Shown one piece after another: positions 12,330 to 24,960 of a DNA stretch of 64,000 nucleotides (within the stretch, counting starts at the first letter, position 1; each line of letters begins with the position of its first letter). Source of the DNA: the human T2T-CHM13v2.0 reference genome, Homo sapiens. Location of the stretch: assembly GCF_009914755.1 (NCBI RefSeq), contig NC_060927.1; one strand, 5' to 3'. Below the pieces are notes generated by a model. It did not search any database. It saw nothing but the letters and a program-made list of their open reading frames with translations, and was not told the DNA's origin. The position numbers and the translations under genes are program-made.

Positions 12330-12460
12330 CCTGGAGAGCCTGAGTTTCCTCCCCTACTTACCAAAGAGTTCCACCTGAATCCACTTCAGATTTGTCTGTG
12401 AATCTTCAATGCATGACATGATGCCTGGCACCAAGCAGGTGCCCAACAAATGTTTATTGC
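12330..12460 (+). mobile_element. L2 3' terminus
   Basis: 'atgcctggcaccaagcaggtgcccaacaaatgtttattg'. Confidence 0.7.
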
Positions 12461-12499
12461 ACTCATAATCTGAAAAATGACTGACAGAGAGTGCTCTAC

Positions 12500-12690
12500 A
12501 TTTGGATACTGGATGTGGAGTATTCTACAGACCTGGCTTTGGGTCAGTAGAATGCTATTGATCCTTAGTTTCTCATTTGTAAAATGTCAAAAATAAAACT
12601 CAATTCTTGGAGTAGTTGTGTGACTGAAATAAGATGCAGAAACCATCTAGAACAATACTTGTCATGGAGTAGTTTTTTTGTAACTATTAA
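12500..12690 (+). mobile_element. MIR SINE
   Basis: MIR core 'ccttagtttctcatttgtaaaatg'. Confidence 0.65.
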
Positions 12691-14739
12691 TTTCATTTCT
12701 TTCCATAAGATGTGGGATTGATGAAGATAATATGCCTTGGGTGATCTGGCTTATTCATCCATTCAACCAGCTGTCCATCTACCCATCCATCTTGCTGCAG
12801 ATGCAGAGATAAATAAAATAAGATTGTATTCTGGAGAAACACATCTAGTGGCAAAGACAGGCATAAAAAATAACTTGCAAAGCTGTGGGCAATAGCTACA
12901 ACTGGTATGAGTGAAGAAGTGCAGGCTCCGAGGCCAGAAGAGTGACATTTGGCAGAGGGATCTGCTGTCCATGCCTCTTTGCCGTGGCTTCGAGGTCTCT
13001 GATCCAGGGCAGAGAGTCAGGCGTGCAGAGAGACCAGACCACCCAGCCACATTCTGCATCCCACAGAATTCTTGTGTGAGGAGATATCCCAGCAGACCTT
13101 AGGCAGTAACGGTTATATACATGCTCACATTGCCTCTCTAGGAGGTATAATTTTATTTTTCCTGCCACTATCATTTTACCCACTGTTTTGCCCCAAAGCA
13201 CTCACATGTCACAGTATTTCTGTGGAGTTGAGGAGCATCTAACAAGCTCTCCTTCCATTTTTCACAGAGGATGCACCCTGCCCTCTCTTAGGGAACTTGA
13301 ACTACCCACACAATACCCCTCTGGCCCCTCTGCTTACACACACAGACACATGCTGGGAGGTGGAGGTTTTTTGTGCCCAGATCAAAGAGGTCTCATGATC
13401 ATTTCTTTTCACGACTGCAGAGGGTCTTCTAAGGTGGTCACACCTTTGGGGAAGTGGGGCTGCCAGCCTGTGCTTGGGAGTTGCATCTCCTCTGATCAGT
13501 ATGGTGTTGCATCCTTCAGGCACTGCCTCTCCTTGGAGGCCCAGGGGACAGGAGAGTGAGGAACAGTACACAAGTTTTCTCTGTGTGTTCACCAGGCACT
13601 AGGGCTTCTTGCTGTGTGTTAAGCCAGCAGCAATTTTTCTTTGCAAATACAGACCCATTTTAGAAGTTGAGTGCTCGGTGTTGTGGCCGAACAGAAGCCA
13701 ATTATGAAGTGGTTCATTGCTTGCACGTTGCAATCTGCCGGGGCAGGGCTCCGAGGCCCCATTTGGAGGAATGTTAGTGCAGCCCAGTGGAGCCCAGGTT
13801 GCCCATAATGCTGCCTTTGCGATACCTTCCAAGCCTTGCATTATTCCCTCCACGCACATCAGCAAGAGCATCGCGTGGGTGCTCCTTTGCTTGCCCTGGG
13901 AATTTTATAGCCCAAATTTACTATTCATTATTGTTTCCAAAGTACATCTTGTGTGATGCCTGTTCGGTGGTAAAATGGCTTTTCCCCCTTCTTCTCCACG
14001 GAGTTGCTTCAAAATCTGCTCCTGCCTGAGGGTGGGGGAATGGTCCTCTTCACGAAAGTCTTTGCAGAGGGGATGGAAGCCTTGCTCACCTTTGCAGGAG
14101 GTGTTTTGGGAAGGAAAGGCATGGGGGCAGGGCAGAGCAGGCAGGCTGAGTGCTCTGGTGGGATGCTCAGGTGGGATGGACCCTGGTCCATCATTGAGGT
14201 TGAAACGGAAACCTCTGGGTATTTACCCAGCGAAGTCACCTGGATAAGGAATGGGCCGGGAGGGTCATGTGATGGGAGTCAAGGCAAAAACAAAAGAATC
14301 CATTTATTATCCTGGCAGGAAATTTGTTCTTTTGGATTCTGTAGCTGCAGACAGAATGATTTCATTTCCTTCGGTGGCGGGAGATTAATAGCCCTTACCC
14401 CTGGGCCTCTGTGGATTGCTGTTTCCTCCATTTCCCTAAGTGTCGTCAACTTTGGTATGCATTCCTTTCTGAGGGGTCAGAGGGTATGCGCCATTTCACG
14501 CTGATTAACAGAACGTGGCCTTCCCTGTGGAAGGCTCCAGGATACCCGGAGGTGACTCAGGTTAAAACACACACACATCATGGAAAAAAAAAACCACAAA
14601 GAGAGGCTGTTCATAGGAGCCCAGGACTTGGACAGCAGCAGGGCAAGGCGGGGCTCCACCTCCGGCTTCAGATGTAGCCACTCACCCTGAGGCTGGAGGC
14701 GTGTGCTAAAGCAGGGAGCCCCAGGAAGACAGCTGGGAC

Positions 14740-14895
14740 TAGGACAGCCACCAGCCTATTAGTTGTGTGTTTGGCACAGGATATTTAAGCTCACTGAGCC
14801 TCAGTTTACTCCTCTGTAAAATGTGGACACTCCACCTACTTTACCAGTCCATGGGGAGGATTAAGTGAGATGCTGTGTCTAAGTGCTTTTAAACC
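14740..14895 (+). mobile_element. MIR SINE
   Basis: 'ctgagcctcagtttactcctctgtaaaatg...gaggattaagtgagatg'. Confidence 0.8.
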
Positions 14896-16487
14896 AAAGT
14901 CCTCTGTGGGAGTGACAGCCACACACAACACACCTTCTGGTGGCTGCAGGGAAGACAATTCCTGATTCCTAATCAGCCTTGTTTGAAGACCACAGTAAGG
15001 TGCTGACTAAGTCTGTTGGTCTGCCCCAAGATGAGGACAAGAAGAAGGCAGGAAATGGGAACCAGAAGGTCTTGGCCAGGGTGCATCCTCACGAGTATCA
15101 CAGAGTCACCCGAGGGAGCTATTTCCACCTGGCTTCAGTGTTCCATATTTTCCAGAGCAGAAATCGCATATGTGGAGTCAGATTCCATGTTTGGATAAGC
15201 ATAAGTGTTGTGTTTTTAAAAATCAGACCTAAACAATTTTCCCATTGTGGCTGAAGATATCCTGTGCCCTGATACCCTGCCTGGAGACAGCGTTTAGATT
15301 GTGTGGTGCTGTGGTTTCTACCCACTGAGCCTTGCACATACTTGGTGCTTAATGGCTATTTGTTCATTAGGAACCTTTAATTAACGAACCTTTGCATTTC
15401 AGAGAGATGCAAAGTTGACTAATTTGGGGGCATTTTTGTATTTTCTGATGCCTCAGTTTCCCATCTATGTCTCATCTCCACCCTAGCCCACATTCATAGT
15501 GGAGACTAATGAGTCTCTTATGCTCTGCATAAAGAGATGTCAGATTGAATGAAATGAAATGAAACTGGATTAAACTGCAGGGCTGTTGAACACAGGAATG
15601 TGTGACTGGGACCAGGGGTTGTCTGCTCCCTGGAGACCCTGGGAATAGAAAGGGGTTATCCAGAGAGGTTGGTTCTGGGACGTCTTCCTGGTGGCAAGGG
15701 CATGTCTCCATGAAGCATTGCTAAAAAATAAGTTAAATTTGGATAACAGAGCAATTTTAATAAACATTTTACTTTTAATATGTTTATAGTGTTGTTAATT
15801 ATCTCTCTAAGTGGAGAAAATAGAAATTGTAGCACATTGAACAAAGATTGCTGATTAGGATAATAAAATGGAAATTTTAATCAAGACGATAACTTTAAGT
15901 CAAAGGAGGTTTTCTCTGAGGCTGCTGGAGCTTTCGTCTTTATTAAACACCCCATTTATCATCACTACTTCATTCATCGCAAGCATTAGATTAATATTGA
16001 CAATTTAAAATAGAAATAACTTTTTATTGCCATTATGGTGCTGGTGTGATAATGGTGCTAGAGACTTTGCGGGAGCCGTTGCAGGCTGTCACGCTTTCTC
16101 TCTGCTGTAGTTGGTAGGCAGTCTTCAGCCCAAACCTCAAGGTCCCAGCCACTCAGGGAGGGGATCCGGTAGGGGGAGGGTTTTCCTGCCATCAAGCTTC
16201 TTCATGACTTGCAGCCCACTAAATCTTGTATGCTCTTTATTGAGAAAGCAAAAGGCTTTTGGTGGCTTGAGGTTGTTTCTTCAGTGGTAGAACCATGCCC
16301 AAAGGCCAGGGGCCTCTATTTTTCAATCCAATACAAGAGCTGTATTTTGAGTATCTGCAGGGTAGTGTGGAGATGCCAAAAGGCAGGCAAGACTCAGCCT
16401 TGTCCTGTGAAGATCACACCTACGCACAAGGCGGGAGCCTGAGTTTCAGATGAACAGGAGGGACAGAAGTGCTCCAGAGGTTTAGGG

Positions 16488-16745
16488 CAGTGGTTCTCAA
16501 AGTGTGGTGCTCGGGCCAGCAGCATCAGCACACACACTGGTCATGGAGTTCCACGGCCCTTAACCAGTGGTTCTCAGACTTCAGCATCAGAATCACGTAG
16601 AGGGCTTGTTGAAACAGATTGTTGCTCTCCACCTTGAGTTTCCGATTGAGTAGCTTTTGAATGGGGCCTGAAGAACAGCATTCTGAACAAGTTCCCAGGT
16701 GATGTTGATGATGCTGGTCTGGAGACCACACTTTGAGAACTACTA
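16488..16745. mobile_element. MER5A (hAT-Charlie MITE) composite: partial copy 16488-16530 plus an oppositely oriented full copy 16565-16745
   Basis: MER5A termini 'cagtggttctcaaagtgtgg' (16488), 'cagtggttctcagact' (16565) and 'gaccacactttgagaactact' (ending 16744); internal 'aacaagttcccaggtgatg'. Confidence 0.85.
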
Positions 16746-19700
16746 ATTTAGAGTGAGGAGAGACTGCTAAGAGCAAAGCCAAGAGGACTTCATGGAGAAG
16801 AGTCCTTTTGGCTTTTCCAGGGGAAACAGAATCTCATCAAGTAGAGAGGAAGATGAGTGCCCTGGAAGGTAGAGGATCAGAGTCAGAAATGGGAAATTTG
16901 GAGGGCATCTGGCCCTGGGAAGAGGGTGTTTGGCTTACGAGCATTTGCAGTTGAGATGGAGGTGGACTGGCACGTGGAGCCTGTAGTTGGAGATGGGGAT
17001 CTCTATTGCCAACTCTGGAGGGGGTAGTGGCACATGAAAATGCAGCAAGCACCCGAGGACAGAGCTAGGAGATTATGGGTCTGTCCCTAGCATGGGTTCT
17101 GTCCCTGGATCAGGAACCATTTGTGCCAGCTAGACAGTGGTACCAGCCCTCGCATGGCTGCCTCTTGAGATGCACTCTAGGCTGGGCCACCCCAGAAAGA
17201 CCTGTGGGTCGGGGTCTGTTACCCCGTTCTTAGAATCTGGCTTAATTGCTTTTCGCTACATATCTGCCTTTACTGGGCTGGGCTGGGGGGATATGCCTCC
17301 TTTAACTCTGCTCCAAGAAGCCTCTTATTGTGGGGAAAAGGACCATCATCCTGGGAAGAGGACCACCACCTGCCCATGTTATGTCTGCTGGGTCTAGCTT
17401 TGAGAGTCACCAGCAGCAGGTGGCCTTGACCTTTGGGGTTCCTCTTCCAGGAGTTTCTCAACTGCTTCTGAGGGGCTGTGTACTGTGGCTCCAGGGAAGA
17501 CAGGGCTGCAGACGAGCAGAGCTGCCTCATCTTTGGAGCGGCTTCTTTCTTCTACCTTCTCCAATCCTCTAGGGCTCCTTAAATGTGCTACATTCCTTTC
17601 TTAAAAGGCCTCTTTCTTTTCCTTGATCATAAAATTGCCAAGGAACAATAGCTGTCATTTAAAACAGCAGCTTTAAAGCTCCTTCCCCACCAGTTACTGC
17701 CATTGTCATATCTGTTCCACATCAAAGCAGTAGGAGCTCCCCAGAGAGAGAGGAGAGGTGGCCTTAGTTCTTCTCTGTACTGTGGGATGAGCTAGTCTGC
17801 TGGTGCTTCTCCACGCCTGACCTCTGGCTGGGTGAGAGCTTCTCTGAGAAAGAGGGATGTTTCCAACCTTGCCCCCTGGGAATTCTCTCCCGGCCTGAGG
17901 GAAATGGGGCTTCAAGGCCCACAGGGATGGGGACTTGACCTCACTGACTGTTCACCGTCGGGTGGGGCAGAGGATGGGGAAGTGTGGGGCAGGAAGAGGC
18001 CTGTGTCCCAGGCATGTGGTGAGAAGGGGCTATGGGTGAGTCTGGGGGCTAACTTAGGAGTCTTGGTGCGGGCAGTTCATGCCAGCCCCAGAAGGCTTTG
18101 GAAATGTGTGCCTGAGCAAGGAGGAGCGGCTGGCATTGCCTGCTCCCATGCTGGCTGTGATTCTTCATTCCCTGTCATTACCCGCTTCACTCTCCATACC
18201 CTGGGAGCTCTTGTGGCTACTCTGAGGGCACGAGGGAGGTGCAGACAGTGTCCCCAGGAGCAGGGTCAGCTGGAGCAGATCATTCTAACCTGTTGGTGCA
18301 GAGCCAGGGGGGCATTCATCTGCTTCCCCATGGGGGCAGCAGATGCAGCTGGAAGGGAAATTGCATCACAATGGAAGGATGGGCCTTGGCCAGGGCCTGG
18401 ACCAGGAAAGGCCTTTTTCTCCTCTTCCTGGTTGGACCATTGCCTTCTTTCCTCCTGGACTGAAGATCTGAGTGTGTTTGAAGGGAAAGGTGCTGGTCCT
18501 GTGTCCCTCCAGTGTCTGGCTGGGTCCAGCGAAGGGAAAGAAAGGCTGGAGTTCTCAGGGCCAGCAGGCCTTGTCTGGAGGGAGGAATTCAGGCTGCAGA
18601 AAGGCAGAGCCCAGCAGGGCACACCTGCCTACTTTATGCTATGCAAGCTTCTCAGGGACAGGTTTCCAAAAGTGACTAGGTCTCTGGAGAAACTCATTTC
18701 CAGGCCTCCTTTGGGGTCTTACTGTCAAATCCTTGCAGCCTTTCCTCCCTGATCCCCAGTGCCCTTTGACCCGGATCCCCATCTCCCCTCTCCTCTTTGC
18801 ACTTCCCCCTCTGCTTTGTCCCCCACTTCCCATTTGCTCCCCTGGGTTTTCCTCCCTCCCTCCATCCCTCCTTCCCCTGCAACTCCCCTTGCAGCTTCCC
18901 TTCTTTCTGTAGCCACCCGTATGCACTTTGGACTTTGTATGCATTGGTTTGCATGGGAGGAACACCTGGGCTGTCTTGGCCTCTGCAGTCTTGTTCCTTG
19001 GGCTACTGCCAGTCCCTCATGGGGGCAAAACCATGCTCACTTGCCTTGGGTGCCCTGACCTGTGGACACTGTGGCCATTTTCCGCTGCCTGACAAAGGAG
19101 AGTTTTTTCCTATCTTTGAGTTTTGTTCACATGTTGTCTTGTAAAAGAAGGTATAGCTATTAAGTACTCTTTGTTACACATTTAATGAGTTATGTTGGCT
19201 GAAAACCATAAAATGGTGCAAAATCATGATAGCCTGGAAAAATATTGTAATCTTCTTACTGTGTTGTAGCTTTGTCCATGTTCAGAGCTCTGCTATTGTC
19301 TTTTCCCAGGCCCTGGAGGCCTGGTGTGCTTCCATGGGCCTTAGGATGAACCTGAGATCTTAATGCATCCTTCTTTGCTGAATGTCTGTTTTGAAACTCT
19401 GTCCAAGGGTGGATTTTCAGTAGAATCCCAGGGCTACAAGGGTTTAAGTTCAGATTATGTGCCCCATGTCCCTCCTGGCAGTCGGCTGTGCACTTTACCC
19501 ACCTCGGGGCGTATTTCTACCTGTTTTAAGTGGTCACAACAGGAGAGTCCATGGCCATCTCGTTCCATCCACATGTCCCCACCCCTCACCACTGTCTGCC
19601 TCAATGTCCCCTCCTTTTGGTTGCCCCACCCCTCTGGCAGTCTGCCTTGACCCTAAATCTATAGCCACAGCACGCCCTGCCACTCCCACCCTGGCAAGCA

Positions 19701-20071
19701 GCTTTTCACAGATGGCTCTGTCAAATCTGGACGGGTTCCGAAGATGTTATTGGATTTCTGTAGCCCTCTTGTGCCAAGAACATATGGGGCTGCAGGAGAG
19801 AAGGGCAGAGGGTCAGGCACTTATTCCTTCCTCTGCCCCATATCACCTTTGAGCACCTCCTTCATGGTATTTTAGTAATTCCTTGGTGGTGAAGTGATGG
19901 GATTTTGAAGAGGATTTTTGTAGGTGCATCCAACTGCAACAGAATACATCAGCCTCATCGGAAGGAGAATGGAAGGCCTGAGAACGCACAAAAGGAGCAT
20001 TTGGAGAGGGTAAAGTCACATTCCTCTGACACTTGGGGTGCAGGTGTCCGTATCTGTGCAGTAAATGTGGG

Positions 20072-20112
20072 GTGTGTGTGTGTGTGTGTGTGTGTCTGTG
20101 CATGTGTGTGTG
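20072..20112. repeat. (TG)n microsatellite
   Basis: About 12 pure TG units, then interrupted units. Confidence 0.95.
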
Positions 20113-20249
20113 AAAGAGAGAAAGATACATACATACTTATGCACCCTAATTATCGACTGGTATTGTGCAAAGAATGACTAGGCCTGTCTTCAGCACCAGG
20201 CCACTGTCATGGGATAAGGGACAGGGGACAAGAAAAAGCAGCAAAACAG

Positions 20250-20425
20250 TGAGGTATAAGTGGAGGAGTGCTGGACCAGGTTGGGGTATCTGAGCCCTAG
20301 GGCTGACTGTGCTGCCCACTGCTGTGAGAATGTGGGTGAGTTGCTTTCCTCTCTGAGCCTCACAGTCTCCTTCCATACTGTCAGAGGGCAGGTGGGGTCA
20401 CTGCCAGCTCTGACTTTCTATGACT
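20250..20425 (+). mobile_element. MIR/MIR3 SINE
   Basis: 'gctgtgagaatgtgggtgagttgctttcctctctgagcctca...ccagctctgactttctatgact'. Confidence 0.65.
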
Positions 20426-20464
20426 GTCACATCTGAAGAAGAGGAAGCAAGTGGAGCCCGAGTC

Positions 20465-20592
20465 GGGAGGGAGAGAAAGAAAGAGAACAGAAATAGACAA
20501 AGCTCAGAAGTGGAAGAGAAAGAAGTAGAATAGAAAATGAAAGCAGAAGTGAGAGAAGTGGAAAGAAAAGGGGAGACAAAGGGGAAGGCGAA
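20465..20592. repeat. Purine (GA)-rich low-complexity tract
   Basis: About 125 nt that is almost exclusively A/G. Confidence 0.8.
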
Positions 20593-20784
20593 AGCTTACC
20601 TGGGGGACTGTTGTCAGCAAAGGCAGAAGAGGGAAGCACTTGTGAGCTGGTGAGTGCTGCTGCCCCGGTGTGGCTCACAGGGCCTAGCCCTCCCTGGGTC
20701 ACCCAGAGAAAGCCAGAGGAGGCTGTGGGTGCCCCTGGAGACTCCTCAGGGCATGTAGGGGGTGGTGTGAGCAGCCTCTCACAG

Positions 20785-21250
20785 TGGAGCTGGAAATGGA
20801 GAGAAGTGGCAGACAAGTTTTGGGGATAAAACACACAGATTTTAGTGATAGGTTGGCTGCAGGAAGAAGGAGAGAGAGAGTTACCAAAGATGGCATCCAG
20901 GTTTCTGACTTTTACAATTAGTGGATGGTGGTGTCACTTGTTGAAATGGGAAAGATTTGAAGATTACCACTTTGGGTTGACTTTGAAATGGCTGAGACTT
21001 GCAAGTGACTATTGAGAAGGAGATTGGATATATGGATCTGGAGCTCGGAGGAGAAGTCTGTGTCTGAGTTCAAGATGGAAGGTGGTAGCCACAGTTACAC
21101 AGATGGTGAACCTGCCTGCAGAAGCACCGTAGCACAGCAATATTCTTGAGCCCTTCCTGTATGGATGGAGAAAAGAGAAGGCTTTGGGGAGGAAGAGAAG
21201 GCTTTGGTCTTCCCTGCCCAGGGCCAAAGCAGGGATGGAAAACAGAGACA
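20785..21250 (-). mobile_element. L2 fragment
   Basis: 'ccaggtttctgact...ggatggtggtgtcacttgttgaaatggg...ggatatatggatctggagctcggaggagaagtctg' is reverse L2. Confidence 0.75.
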
Positions 21251-22239
21251 GGGGTTCCATATAGGAGCAACTTCACATCTCCTGCAGTGCATTGTCCTCA
21301 TCCAGGACAGAGAGCCCATCCATCATGGAGTCCTTCCTGGGAGCCCATACTCAAGCCTCCAAATCATCCTTCGCTGCAACCACCCAATACCAAAAGTGAA
21401 CATTTTTGGTGTGTGAGCAGGCACACATGTTCTTCTCCTGCCCTGGAGATTCACCCAAGGCTCCAATGCCAAAATATGGTGTTGTCCTTGCTGCAAGCCC
21501 TGAGGTGATATTGGGCTGAGCTAGGTTGAAGCTCCAGGCATATGACGGGTCTGGTATTACTGGGAGTAATTGTGCGATAGGAGAGCACAGGGCCTGGCTC
21601 ACAGTAGGTGCTGCATGAATATGTGTGGACTGAACAAATGTCTGCCGGAGTCAGTTTGACTGCAGCCTCTTGTGAGTGGAGGAATAGGATTCTGCTTGAT
21701 GATTTAGGGGCTGAGCCAAGCCTGAAAGGAGCCGTTTGGGAGGAGGAGATGATCTGTGTCCTGGTCTTAATCCTCTAAACTCTCCCTCTGGATTAAGTCA
21801 GACCCACCATGAACCTGGCTGCAAGGTTTCCACTCTTCAAGGATTTGCTTTTATTGCACCGCATTTTGGTGAGATGCCATCAGCCCGCACTGAGGAGCTT
21901 TAGAACAGCCTGTGAAACTCGGTGGTGTTTACTGTGAGGGTGTCACTGACAGCATTCATTGCATCACAGAGTGTCCTCTCCATGGGGCCCCATGGGAAGC
22001 GTTTGCCTCATGCTTCCATAGCAGGGACAGCCAGGCTTCTCTGAGTAATCGCTTTGTATGTCCTGTGGACCCCGTGACCCGTGTAACTGATCAGGTTTTC
22101 CTCATCCATTGACTGCTATAAAATTGAGCTCCAAATGCATGGCTTGGCCATAGAAATTCAGTTGTTTTAGCCTCATCATGGGCTTCAATTTATGTCTTTA
22201 CGCTTGGTTTGGCTTTCTCTTTCTCACCTATTTTTCTTT

Positions 22240-22560
22240 AGAGAATTTTTGTTGCCTTTTTTCATATTGTAAAACAAATATAGATTCTCTATAAAAAGTT
22301 AAGAAAATATAGAAAAGTATAAAGAAAAAATGAAGTGAATTATAATCCCCTGCCCACTCCTTGGGACAATCTGTTAAATTTTTTGTTCAGCTTACCTGTC
22401 TCTCCTATACATGAGTGCACAACACACATATGTGGGCATATACATATATACACATGCACACTCACAATAGTCAGAAATTTGACCTTATTATCCGTGGTGT
22501 TTAGCAACTCTTTAAAATTTTAGTAATACATATATATTTTACCTGTTTGCTTATATATCT
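22240..22560 (-). mobile_element. L1ME-type 3'UTR fragment
   Basis: 'gaaaatatagaaaagtataaagaaaaaa...tataatcccc' is typical of the antisense L1ME/L1MC 3' end. Confidence 0.6.
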
Positions 22561-23219
22561 TTCAGTATTTTACATAATCCTTGTAAGCTACCTTAAATCT
22601 TCTAAAATAGAATGGGTTATAAATATAAAATGTAAGATTTAAGACAGAGACTTCCAGGCAGGCTTTGAAACCCAGATGGAGGAAAAGGCTGCAGCAAAAA
22701 CCTAGAGAAGAGTCTGGAGAAGCTCCCCAGAGGCCAGAGGCTTTGGACTGGGGTGATGGAACTGCCCTGCATGGGCTGCCTCTGGTCCTTGAGGGGGTTT
22801 CAGACACACTGGAGAGAAGTTCAAAGGTGTCCATTGGATTGCACAGCCACACTGGAAGAAACTCAACTGCTGGACCTGTAGACAGAGCCTTGGGGTAACT
22901 ACATGGTGATAAAGATGTAGCAGCATGCACCCTCTGATACCCACCACTCATCTGCACAGAGATATCAGAAGTCACCTCAAAGTAGCAAGATGGCTCCTGG
23001 TGCAGACTGAGCCATAACCTGATTGAGTAGTAACTATTATGGGGATAATATCTTAGAAATTCCTTCTGATACATTTTTTTCAGTATCTGTAGGCTGTTTT
23101 CCTTCCCATAGTCCTTCCACCAATGATGCCATAGGAATAGGGGGAGGAAATATACCCCAGAACAGGGAAAAAGAAAGCTAGGACCTAGAGCAGCTTCTGT
23201 TGCACTGCAATAACTCGTG

Positions 23220-23440
23220 GTATTGAGCCCTCAAATGGTGCCTGGCACTCAACTGAGTGTTTTATGTGTTTTCATCATTTAATCCACAAGCAGCCCTATG
23301 GGATGGCAATATTATACCCATTTTATGGATGATCACATGGAGGAAGAGAGGAGTCAGATAACTTATTCAAGGTCATGTAGCTACTAAAGGGTGGAGTCAG
23401 GATCCCAAGTCAGGTGTCCTGACTATAGATAGCACCCTTA
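23220..23440 (-). mobile_element. MIR SINE
   Basis: 'catttaatccacaagcagccctatg...cccattttatggatg...aacttattcaaggtcatgtagcta'. Confidence 0.8.
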
Positions 23441-23985
23441 ATCCATGAGGCTCCAGGGCTCACACAGGAATACAAATAAGGAAGCCCTTCTGGTTCCTAA
23501 AAAATGGTGGAAAGCAGGAGAGGAAAGCAAGTTTGGAACTGAGTGCTAGTGTCCCACCACCCCACCTTGGGGTTGGGAAAGGTTGTGAGGTGTCATGGGC
23601 TTTGAGACGTCTAGACAGGTTTATGGGCACGGGTGTGTGGAGAACACCAGCAGACAGGACCAGGCCTGGAAAGGGACTTCATGGGGAGCAAGGTGGCAGT
23701 GTATAGGCACCCCATGGCCCAATGAACTAGGCAACCCAGCCTCCCCTCAGTGTGAGTGGGGGCAGGAGCTGACAGCCACATTTCATGTTCCCCACCATGA
23801 GGATAGCTAGGCTTTCCTGCACCCCACTCCTTGAGGTTGTAGAAGAGAGTGCAAATGATCCTGAGTACATCTGCAAAGAGATTCTTTTTCATGGGAAGGA
23901 ATGGAATTTTTTAAAACTTTACTGTATATTTCTGCCTGCCATCGATAGAGCTGGAGGCTGATGAACAAGAAATCAAACTGTAGAA

Positions 23986-24296
23986 CTGTTTTACTCAGTA
24001 TGGTAGCCACCAGCCACATGTGGCTGCCAAGCAGCTGAAATGTGGCTAGTCGCAACTGAGAGGTGCTGTCGATGTAAAATGCACCCTTGTTTCTGAAGAC
24101 TTAGTATGAAAAAAACAAGAAATGTCTTGACAATTTTTAGTCTAATTATATCTTTAAGTGGTAACACTTTGGACATACTGGAATAAGTAAACTAAATCGT
24201 TAAAATTAATTTCACCTGTTTTTACTTTTATTGATGTGACTAAAAAATTTTAAATCACCTATGTGATTTGCATTATGTTTCTATTGGACAGCACTG
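23986..24296. mobile_element. MER33 (hAT-Charlie), essentially full length
   Basis: 'atggtagccaccagccacatgtggct...aaatgtggctag' and end 'tttctattggacagcactg'. Flanks ctgtagaa/ttttagac fit the Charlie NTCTAGAN 8-bp target. Confidence 0.88.
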
Positions 24297-24425
24297 TTTT
24301 AGACAAGGAGGAAGGTTGTAAAAAAGGAAAAGAAGGAAGGTGTGCTGTTTGCACATCTCACTGAACTGTGTGAATCTGTATTGCATAAAATGCATCTAAA
24401 GAAGGAATGTATCCTTCCAGAGGCA

Positions 24426-24960
24426 GTGTTTAGGCAGGTTCTTTTTGTTGTGGGAATTGAGACCTTCTCAGGCGACTGGGGTGGGGTGTCGTGGAAAGGG
24501 CCTGATGCCAGAAAACCAGGGGAAGCCAAATGAGCCAGCCTTGGAGGGCAGGGAGGTGGAGGGCTCAACTAGGGTGGGCTCCTGGGAGGCCAAGTGCTGA
24601 CCCCACAGCCAGCATGCACCTTGGAATTTCTTTGTGCTCAGCCCCTGTCTGCTTCCCACTGCTATCTGTACTCCTCTCCGTATATTTTCCTTCATCTGAG
24701 CTCCTTCCTCTTCTCTGCTTGTCCCAGTTCTGTCTTGTGTCTTCCCTGAGCCTGGGCTTCTCCTGCTAGCTGCCTCACACTTGCAGGTCTTGGTTCCTAC
24801 TTTCGATACAGGCAGTCTGGTTAGTGTGATTGATTCACTTTTTCACCAGGACGCGTATGGGCCACTGACAGGCTGCGGATGTCAGCCCTGGGGTCCGTGC
24901 CCACTCCAGTCCACTCAATAGCTCCTCCTGTGCAGATTTCAGTTTGGCATGTGCCTCTGA
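24426..24960 (-). mobile_element. Degenerate old MaLR LTR (MLT1K/J-like)
   Basis: Start 'tgtttaggcaggttctttttgttg' and 'gggtccgtgcccactccagtccactc' resemble reverse MLT1J/K. Confidence 0.35.

Noticed and set aside
17832-18752. Longest ORF (306 aa)
   Set aside because: It has a GTG start, a G/C/W/L-rich composition typical of GC-rich non-coding DNA, no recognisable domain, and CpG depletion like the flanks.
21980-21995. Perfect 16-bp palindrome CCATGGGGCCCCATGG
   Set aside because: About one 8-pair palindrome is expected by chance in 64 kb (64000/4^8).
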